Shown piece by piece: positions 40,541 through 49,880 of a stretch of 64,000 bases of DNA. The notes under the pieces were generated by a model that saw only the letters and a list, made by a program, of their open reading frames with translations, searched no databases and was not told where the DNA came from. Within the stretch, counting starts at the first letter, position 1; each line of letters begins with the position of its first letter. Source of the DNA: Octopus sinensis (taxonomy: Eukaryota); contig NC_043006.1 in assembly GCF_006345805.1 (NCBI RefSeq), forward strand, positions 31,062,001 to 31,126,000, read 5' to 3'. Both the position numbers and the translations under genes were made by a program.

Positions 40541-40590
40541 CAACCTTAATCGATTTTCGAACCTTGTTGGGTCCTCATCAGAGGCGTCCA
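40541..40590 (-). ncRNA. Minimal type I hammerhead motif
   Basis: Minus strand GCCT-CTGATGA-GGACC(CAACAA)GGTTC-GAAA-ATCGAT-TA-AGGT. Helix III lies in the palindrome AATCGATT and the cleavage triplet is UUA. Confidence 0.7.
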
Positions 40591-40948
40591 CATCATTCTG
40601 ACAGTGTCCAGAGAAATGAGCAGCCAAACTGTTTATATACTCAACAAATGCAGCAGTTGCTCTGTGAAGGAGTCCCTAATTTGCATATAGAAAGTGTTTA
40701 ACACTCTATAAATACCAGCGGCCTGTCTGAATAGCTCAAGAGCGGATTTCTCCACTCATGTGGGTCATATTATCTGAAAGAATATCATATAGCCAGTACT
40801 TATGCACCAAGTTTGATATTCACCTAATATCGTTGAATATGCATGTTATTCCCACCTAACAAGGTGCCTCAATTGAAGTACCTAATTCAACTGAATCTTA
40901 ATTGCCATTTAGATACATACATATATATATATGTATATATGTATGTTT

Positions 40949-41006
<58 letters not shown>

Positions 41007-41231
41007 TATATATATATATATATATAATGTGAAATAGAAGATGAATAATCTTGTAGTAGATTAATCAAAAGTTTAACCGATACTTAGTAGCAAAATCACA
41101 GCAGTAAACAGCACGGGGGAGGTACAACCATCTGGCGTTGCAACCGTGCGTTGGTGCGGATAATTGAAATTAAAACATATTGGTGAGTTGAAGAAATGGA
41201 GCTGAACGCAGATTGAACAGAAATCGTTTTA

Positions 41232-41319
41232 TTCATTCTACACGTGTTTCGAAAGGCACAAATTACCAAAATCCGATTGAATAATGGGACCATATTGTGT
41301 CTTTCTCTTCAGGAAGAAA
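41232..41319 (-). ncRNA. Type I hammerhead ribozyme, left arm
   Basis: TTTCTTC-CTGAAGA-GAAAGACACAA...TTGTGCCTTTC-GAAAC-ACGT-GTA-GAATGAA, with palindromic ACACGTGT helix III. Confidence 0.8.
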
Positions 41320-41489
41320 AAGGGAAATCCGTGGAAACACAAAAACAGAACAGAGGCGAGCAAAAAACAAATCGAACTGTGCTCCTAAGAGCCCATGGCG
41401 AAACAGTTTCGCCATGGGCTATTAGGAGCACAGTTCGATTGTTTTTTGCTCCGCCTCGTTCTGTTTTGTGTTTCCAACGGATTTCCTTT

Positions 41490-41579
41490 TTTCTTCCTGA
41501 AGAGAAAGACACAATATGGTCCCATTATTCAATCGGATTTTGGTAATTTGTGCCTTTCGAAACACGTTGTAGAATGAAA
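41490..41579 (+). ncRNA. Type I hammerhead ribozyme, right arm
   Basis: Same motif as the left arm, with one extra T in the helix III loop (GAAACACGTTGTA). Confidence 0.75.
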
Positions 41580-41701
41580 TAAAACGATTTGTTCAATCTG
41601 CGTTCAGCTCCATTTCTTCAACTCACCAATAATGTTATATATATATATATATATGCACACACTATATATATACATACACACACACATATATATATACACA
41701 C

Positions 41702-41772
<71 letters not shown>

Positions 41773-43139
41773 CACACGCACACACACACATAATATATAT
41801 ATATATATACGTATATACGGCGTGTGTCTGTTGTGTGAAGCTAGAGAAATAGTCAGATTAAGCGATATCAAGACATGAATTCATTGATTCCAGAAAGTTG
41901 GAAGGGGAAAATCGACTTAACTAGAATTCGAACTCGGATCATAGTGTTACAGACGTAGCTGAATGCAATACACATCTTCACCTCTCCTGCTGTGAACACT
42001 TCACTATACAACCCACCCACCCCCTCTTCACATACACACGCGCGCGCGCACACACACAAACAGAAATACATTTAAGTAGAATCGTATGTGTGTGTGTGTG
42101 TGTGTGTGTGTGGTTATCTCCTTTTAATCGATGTGTATATATGTGTATCAGTGCGCCTATGTAATCGTTTCATTATCTTTCAACACAAATAACTCACACA
42201 CACACACACACACACACCACACACACGCACACACACACACTATCACACTATCACACTATCTGACAAGCACTCCCAAATGACAACGCAATCATAAAGAATG
42301 TTTTCTTTTTAGTGTTTTTTCCACCCCAACAACAGGTAAACACGCTCTTTAAGGAGCCACTTTCACGTATCCATTCTTCTTAACACTTATCAGATATGAG
42401 AGAGTCTTTATGTGATTGTCACACTTTCAAGAAATAGCAGCCAAATCTCCCTCCAATCACACCATTATGATTAAAGAAAAAAAACAAGGACACATTCTGT
42501 AATATAGTTGTAGATATCTCTAAAAAAATATTTATAATGCAATAGGTGGGTTTTTGTAACGAGCCAACAAAGGGGTCACTCTGCGATCGTCCGATCTGCT
42601 AGAAACATTTGCTCAATCTCACTTAAATCAAACCATAAATGTTCCACAAGAAAGTCATATTGTGGAATGGGGTTTAGGGTTCCTGTGCCCGGAATGTATT
42701 GGATCTCAGGCCTGTGAAATTAGCGGTAATAATGATAGCTGGACTGTCTCTGAGCATAAGTCTCCGCGATAAAGATTTACCTGGGGCTAAACAACAACAA
42801 GAAAAACAACAACAGTTTATCAAGTCATCAACTACCGCCTCACCCACATTCACCTACCCTGCACTCACCCCTATTTACACCTCCTTTTCTCCACTCATTG
42901 TCACCTCTCTACCACCACCCCTACATCTACGAGTATAATATCTATGATGATACATTAACATATGCTAACATTCCCGCTTCTTATCGGACAGCATAGAAGA
43001 AAGACAGAAAGAGAGAACGAAAAAGAGAAAGAAAGAAAGAGCGAGTCCCATGGAAAGTCAGTTTGTTAATGATGGGACGGACAATGAACTGAAGACAAGA
43101 GCCATCTTGTAAATAGTACTACTTACAGCATACTGTAAG

Positions 43140-43195
<56 letters not shown>

Positions 43196-43340
43196 CACAC
43201 ACACACACATACACACACTCACACACACGCGCACTTATACACACGCGCATACACACACACATGTACATGCACACACACATTTTTACATACATATATTCAT
43301 ATATGCATACATATATACATACATATATATCTATACACAC

Positions 43341-43380
<40 letters not shown>

Positions 43381-43391
43381 ATATATATATG

Positions 43392-43425
<34 letters not shown>

Positions 43426-43524
43426 TATATACATATATATACATGCATGCATACACAAACATGTATACATATATACATACATATATGCAAACATATACAT
43501 AGATACATACATATGTATGTATGT

Positions 43525-43634
43525 CATTATTCAGTTTTATTTCAAGATTTCTTGCCAATAGAGAAAGAGCCGGTTTCTAACCTAGATCCAAGGCTCCTTT
43601 ATCGGAATTTCAACATCAACAACAGGGTATTTTT
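43525..43634 (-). mobile_element. About 110-bp element embedded in (CATA)n, copy 2
   Basis: Near-identical to 25747-25858. Confidence 0.75.
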
Positions 43635-43734
43635 GTATGTATGTATGTATGTATGTATGTATGTATGTATGTATGTATGTATGTATGTATGTATGAATGT
43701 ATGCATGTATGTATGTATGCATATGTGCAGATTT

Positions 43735-44075
43735 GTATGCTTTGCTTTATGTATGGACAAAGAAGTAAGAACCCACGATATGGTAGAAGCCATAGCCACT
43801 CATAATAAAAAGGAATACTGGTGGAATATCCCAGTGAAGACGTCAATAAAATGTAAGAACAACAGACCTGACATAATGATTTGGGATAGTTGTGGAAATT
43901 AGTTGCTCGGCGGATGTTAACATAAAGCTGAAGATCAGTGGAAAAGAAAATACTTGCGCTGAACTGTTGAGAAATCTGCAGTTACTCTATCCAGGTTACA
44001 AGTTCAGGTTTATACCTGTAATTATTGGGGCCCTGGGATATGTAACACACTGCCTAAATACCAATCTTGAGAAAT
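43735..44075 (+). mobile_element. R4/Dong-like restriction-like endonuclease (REL) fragment inside (TATG)n
   Basis: EYWWNIPVKTSIKCKNNRPDIMIWD, then EISCSADVNIKLKISGKENTCAELLRNLQLLYPGYKFRFIPVIIGALG (RPD...E...K REL motif). Confidence 0.8.
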
Positions 44076-44082
44076 GTATGTC

Positions 44083-44114
<32 letters not shown>

Positions 44115-44789
44115 TGTATGTATGTATGTATGTATGTATGCATGTATGTATGTATGGATGTACGTATGACGCATTAAGTCATATGTACATACACATATAC
44201 ACACATATATACTTTAGTAGATAAACGCAGATGAATTTAGTTCGTGTAAGCATGATAATCAGCGAAAGTGTTCAACGACTCAATCGGAAGTCGGTGCATT
44301 GATTTTATGTCACAAACGTGAAGAATGACACTTCTATTCACCACATAAAAAAATATGGAATATTTGCTACAGGTTTCTTCGCAGGCATTTCGATGTTTCG
44401 ATGATTATTCACTTTACCAGCTGCCGTTGAACAAAAGACAACTGCAGCTTAACTATACAATACATAGCAGCTATTGATGTTATAAATGGCTGAGTATCAA
44501 TCGATTAGGAAAGAAAAAAAAGGAACGGATCAGTCATTTTGCTTAACTGAAGAAAATATTGAGGAATGCTTTGAGAATACTCTGTAGGGGAATATAAAAA
44601 GTTGAAATACACAGCAGATAGACAAACATGAATACAAATAGTAGAGTCATAGTTAATTCAAGCGAAATATTTGATTACCGAAAGTGCACAACAACTTACA
44701 GGTAGCAAGGTCTAAGTGAATTAAACAAGCGTGACATCAAATGGATATGAACCACAATCCGTAAAGAAAATATGGAATATATGTCACAA

Positions 44790-45197
44790 CTAGCAGCATA
44801 GCCTGGCGTTGCCCGGGTATGTAAGAGCCCCTAGTAGGCAACGACTAATCCCAATCTAGTTCTTTCCCTCCAGGTAACGAAGGCGCATGTGTAGGTTGCA
44901 ATGTCTTCTCTTCACTTGAATACTTCTATGTATACGATGTTCCTAGCTGTCTCCCGACAGAAAATGTGTTGAATATAAAAAGCTTAGATTCTCGACCCCA
45001 TGTCGAATTTATCGATTTTTTTCAGAACTGGGGGAACTTTTCAAAATTTTCGCTGCGTTAGTTTTGAATTATGACATTGGGCTATGTGTGTGTCAAGTTT
45101 CATCAGAATCGGTTGAAAGCCGTGGTCAGGGTGAGGGTACAACCTGATAGACTCACAGACACACAGACAGACAAACTGCCGTTTATATATAGAGAGA
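44790..45197 (-). mobile_element. Non-autonomous Helitron, copy 1
   Basis: A|TC 5' end and a 3' CCCGGGCAACGCCAGG hairpin followed by CTAG|T. Confidence 0.75.
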
Positions 45198-45278
45198 TTT
45201 ACTTGGTGGGGCATGTAGATGTTTCACTGACTATTCACCTCGTCAGCCGCCGTTAGATTTAAGACAGTTACTCATATA

Positions 45279-45662
45279 TCTCTCTCTATATAAACGGCAG
45301 TTTGTCTGTGCGTTTTCTGTGTGTCTGTTTTCTCGTACCCTCACTCTGACCACGGCTTTCAACCGATTCTGATGAAACTTGACACACACATACCCCAATG
45401 TCATAATTCCAAACTAACGCAAGCGAAAATTTTGAAAAGTTCCCCCAGTTCTGAAAAAAACGATAAATTCGACATGGGGTCGAGAATCAGAAACCCAAAC
45501 CACAGACCGTCTAGGGGACGCAACTCCACCTTTTTTAACTCTCAAAAAAATTTACCATCATTTTTTTTTCCATTTTTTGCTATTTTTTTGGCTATAACTC
45601 TCTAAAAATGCTTTATAGTTATTTCCCTTACAAACCTGAGCAACGCCGGGCGATACTGCTAG
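45279..45662 (+). mobile_element. Non-autonomous Helitron, copy 2 (head-to-head with copy 1)
   Basis: A|TCTCTCTCTATATAAACGGCAG 5' end and a 3' CCTGAGCAACGCCGGG...CTAG|T end. Shares about 220 bp at the 5' end and about 30 bp at the 3' end with copy 1. Confidence 0.75.
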
Positions 45663-46269
45663 TATATAATATAACATATAATAGTTGTTGACATCACATG
45701 TTAGTAAATCGAAGAGGAAAGGACAAAGAAATGTAGTGTTCACTTTACATATTTGTCTTAGAATCGTAATAAATTAGCAGAGTTCTACTGTTATTATACA
45801 CATGGGTATGAAGCGTTTTGACACAACCATTTAGGCGTTGCTTATCTGGTGTCATATTGATTCGACGCTGACTTGTTTGACATTAGTCGTTTTAACGTTT
45901 CTCTCATTACAATGATTCTCTAGCTCTTTCCTTCTCCCCCTCTCTCTCTAATTATATGTTTGAGCATCAAGTTATGTTGTTTATAGATGTAATGTCTGTC
46001 TCTCTCCCCATCTCTTTCGTATTCTCTCTATCTCTTTGTCTATATTTCTGAGCGCACGCGCGTGCGTATCGCCAATTCAGACTGTCCAGTCTAACCGTGC
46101 CAAATCGTCAGCAGCCAACCAGCTACGTCCGATCGTCTCATTCCGATATAAACAAATATTTCAATATGTTTTAAGTTTTCTCTCACTCATTCTCTCCCTC
46201 TCTCCTTTTCTCTCTCTCCCTTGTGTGTGTCTGTGTATATGAATGCACACAACGGAAGTCGCTTATTGT

Positions 46270-46840
46270 CCTCTCTTTGGGACGATGGTATTTCGAAAAC
46301 ATTGTTGATGACGTTAAGCTACTTCCACAATATATACGTCACTCCCAACGTCAAGTCGAGTCGTATGCAAGCGATCCTTTTCGTCTCGACATCTTCAAAC
46401 ATATTTAAGCGGGACGGTGCCGAAGCCAGAGTGGAAATTCTGCCGGTGACGTCGCCGTTTGCCGCACGGGCGCGACGGACGGATGGCGCGCGCCGAACTA
46501 ATGCATGTATCTCGAGGTTAAGACGCTTTTGTGAAAAAATCTCGGATCCGGCTATGGTTCCGGCTTAGAGGCGTTCAACCGTTATTGCTCAGAGGCAGCC
46601 TGGCACCACCGCTCTATCGAGCGAGCGCGCAAACCGTTGCTCTGATCCCGCGGTTCCTCTCGTACTGGACGGGATGGTCATAGCTGAGTTGACGTTGCCG
46701 GCGCCCACCTAAGTTCGGCAGAAGAGTCGGTGGCCGTGACGGACGACGCACGAGTGCGCTACCGCTGCACCGAACCTTCGACGACTCGGGGCGTCGCGGA
46801 CGCGCGATATATTTGTGGGATAAAACTAACCTGGCCAGAC
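46270..46840 (-). rRNA. 28S rRNA: Orphan 3'-terminal fragment of a divergent 28S rRNA (pseudogenic copy)
   Basis: Minus strand has CAGGTTAGTTTTA(T)CCC, the sarcin-ricin loop CAGTACGAGAGGAACCGC (46650-46667), TGAACGCCTCTAAG (46564-46577) and a GCATACGAC...GTAGC 3'-end-like segment, in the correct order. This is a GC-rich island with no 18S or 5.8S nearby. Confidence 0.85.
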
Positions 46841-47404
46841 ATATTTTTCTTTATCGATTCAAATGTTTTATTCTTTATTTTCCAAAAGGATTCAAGATAA
46901 ACTGAACGGAAATTCTGCGACCACAAGAGTTTCTTTCTCTGTCTTTCTAAGGGTTATCTATATTTTTGATTTGCTTCAGTCATCGAACTGCGGCCACGCT
47001 GGGGCACAGCATTGAAAGGTTTAGTCGAACAAACGAACTTTCCCGCTGCTTTTAAGCTGGGTACTTACTGGGTCAGTCTCTTTTGCCGAACCGATTAGTT
47101 ACGAGGACGTAAGCAAACCAACACTAGTTGTCAAGTGGTGGATGAACAAACACAAAGGTAAAAGTGTGTCCGAACAAACACATACGCACCTACACATGCA
47201 CCCACACACATGCAACCCACCACACAAGCACACACACACGGACAGGTTTTCAGACAGTTTCCATCTACCAATTTCATTCAAAACGCCATTGGTCAGCCCG
47301 GGGCTATAGTAAAAGACATTTGCCCAAGGTGCCGCGCAGTGGGACTGAACCCGAAACTACGTGGTCCCAAAGCGGGCTTCTTAACCACACAGCCATGATA
47401 GGGA

Positions 47405-47990
47405 TTTCAAATTTTTTCCACAAGGGCAGCTTGGGGGAGGGGGATTAAGTTGATTACGTTGATCCCAGTGCGTAACTGGTACTATTTAATCGACCCCGAA
47501 AGGATGAAAGGCAAAGTCGACCTTGGCGGAATTTGAACTCAGAACGTAACGGCAGACGAAATACCTATTTCTTTTTCTTTACTGTCCACAAGGGGCTAAA
47601 CACAGAGGGGACAAGCAAGGACAGACAAACGGATTAAGTCGATTATATCGACCCCAGTGCGTAACTGGTACTTAATTTATCGACACCGAATGGATGAAAG
47701 GCAAAGTCGACCTCGGCGGAATTTGAACTCAGAACGTAGCGGCAGACGAAATACCTATTTCTTTACTACCCACAAGGGGCTAAACACAGAGGGGACAAGC
47801 AAGGACAGACAAACGGATTAAGTCGATTATATCGATCCAGTGTGTAACTGGTACTTATTTAATCGACCCCGAAAGGATGAAAGGCAAAGTCGACCTCGGT
47901 GGAATTTGAACTCAGAACGTAATGGCAGACGAAATACCGCAAAGCATTTCGCCCGGCGTCCGAACGATTCTGCCAGCTCGCCGCCTTAGC
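47405..47990 (-). repeat. Head-to-tail array of three Meta-like SINE units (about 185 bp period)
   Basis: GGATTAAG...GGATGAAAGGCAAAGTCGAC...GCAGACGAAATAC occurs three times, and only the outermost unit has the tRNA head. Confidence 0.85.
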
Positions 47991-48314
47991 TTTAGTTTAA
48001 ATAATATAGAAAGAAGTGACGAGGCACTGAGTTGGGTAATCCAAAAGAAATAAAATAATAATTTCAAAGAACTCAAATTTGCCTCTTAGTTTGTGAAAGA
48101 AATATGAACCAGCGCTGTTTTTTTCTTCTCTAAGAAAAGAAGAAATCAATTTAAAAAAAGAAATTAAATATGGTTCTGGGTTCAGTCCCACTGCGTGGCA
48201 CCTTCGGCAAGTGTCTTCTACTATAGCCTCGGGCCGACCAAAGCCTTGTGAGTGGGTTTGGTAGATGGAAACTGAAACAAACCCGTCGTATATATTATAT
48301 ATAATATATATATT

Positions 48315-48368
<54 letters not shown>

Positions 48369-48854
48369 ATTTGTATGTATGTAATGTATGTATGTATGTA
48401 TGTATGTATGTATGGATGAGTGTGTGTGTGTGCGTGCGCGCGTGCGTGTGAAGACGTGTGGCCTATTGGTTAGGGTGTTGTATCCAGATCGCAAGATCGT
48501 AGTTTCGCTTCTCAGGCTGGTGATGTATTGTGTCCTTGAGCAAAACACTTCATTTCACGTTGCTCCAGGCGAACAGATATAAAAGACCAACCTTGCTATG
48601 GACCGGGGTTCTATTTTTTGGGATTACGTTGGACTGGTCGCCTAGCCAACGGGTTGGCATCCACTGTGAGGAAGAGCATTGTGATCAGCGGTGTATTACA
48701 ATACACACAGATATCGCGTTTAATGTCGAGTTATATAATAAAAGCAATTCTATGTTGAAAAGAGCGATTATTCAATACCGTTTGCAGAGTAAATATTTGT
48801 TATTCTTTAATAAGAATAGTGTTGACAGTGACTTCAAAGTGTGTGTGTGTGTGT

Positions 48855-48901
<47 letters not shown>

Positions 48902-49025
48902 CAGATATAGGGTGAAAAATTATTAATTTAATAAAATCAATAAATTTCACCTAGTAGTTTTTCGGTGTGGAAAAGGACCATATTCGGTAAAAACTTAAAC
49001 AAAAAGTTTTTTTCATATATATAAA

Positions 49026-49083
49026 TATTATGTTGACAAAGGAATGAGTCTTATGATTCTAATCCATAAACGCGTCCATAATA
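49026..49083 (+). ncRNA. Decayed hammerhead remnant between (TA)n tracts
   Basis: TATTATG-TTGACAA-...-TAAAC-GCGTC-CATAATA. Helix I is a perfect 7 bp and helix III is the palindrome ACGCGT, but the core is mutated. Confidence 0.45.
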
Positions 49084-49252
49084 TATCGAATCTGTTTAAT
49101 TTCATTTTATCATTCTCTTTTTTGCCATGTGTGAGTTACAAATATTGTTGTCTGTGGAGACATATTTTTGTAGAAAAGGAAATAGTAGTCTTTTGGCTAC
49201 TATTTCTAAAATTTCGTATGTGGTCAAGCAACTTGTTGCTAAACCCTTATTG

Positions 49253-49356
<104 letters not shown>

Positions 49357-49422
49357 GTATGTATATATATTTTCAGTAAATAATGGTGCCTTGTTGTACC
49401 ACTACTCTATATTTATTTATAT

Positions 49423-49460
<38 letters not shown>

Positions 49461-49489
49461 GCACACACACACACAAACACACACATACA

Positions 49490-49534
<45 letters not shown>

Positions 49535-49544
49535 TATATGTATG

Positions 49545-49880
49545 TATGTTGCCTCAGTAAAGCTGGACTCATGAGTCATAAAGCGAGACAGATGAGTGAC
49601 AACCTGGCCACTGGTGGTGGTGTAACACATCATACTAATCATATCTGTCGGGCATGTGGAAGAGAGTGTAATTCGGCAGGAGGACTTAAACGACATGCAA
49701 AGGTACATGAAGCCCAGTTACAAGTACAGCCGGCTATTACCAGTAAATGTTTTAGTTGCCAATTTTGTACAAGACATTGTAGATCTTTAGCTGGGCTAAA
49801 AAGTCACATTCGATCACAGCACCAGTAACAGTTAAGCTTCGTGCAATGGCCATACTCGATAACGAGGGGGCAGCCATAAT
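49545..49880 (+). mobile_element. RTE-like LINE 3' end with two C2H2 zinc fingers
   Basis: CRACGRECNSAGGLKRHAKVH and CQFCTRHCRSLAGLKSHIRSQH*, then a short GGCCATACTCGATAACGAGGGGGCAGCC UTR and (TATG)n tail. Confidence 0.65.

Larger units (their letters stand above)
41173..41636. mobile_element. Near-perfect palindrome (about 230-bp arms, 1-nt centre at 41405) with a hammerhead in each arm; Penelope-like
   Basis: Arms are reverse complements differing mostly by single-base indels, and (TA)n tracts lie beyond both ends (about 40950-41027 and 41637 onward). Confidence 0.8.

Noticed and set aside
43096-43135. CTGAAGA-CAAGA-GCCA-TCTTG hairpin
   Set aside because: It is followed by TAAAT instead of GAAA and lacks helices I and III; likely chance.
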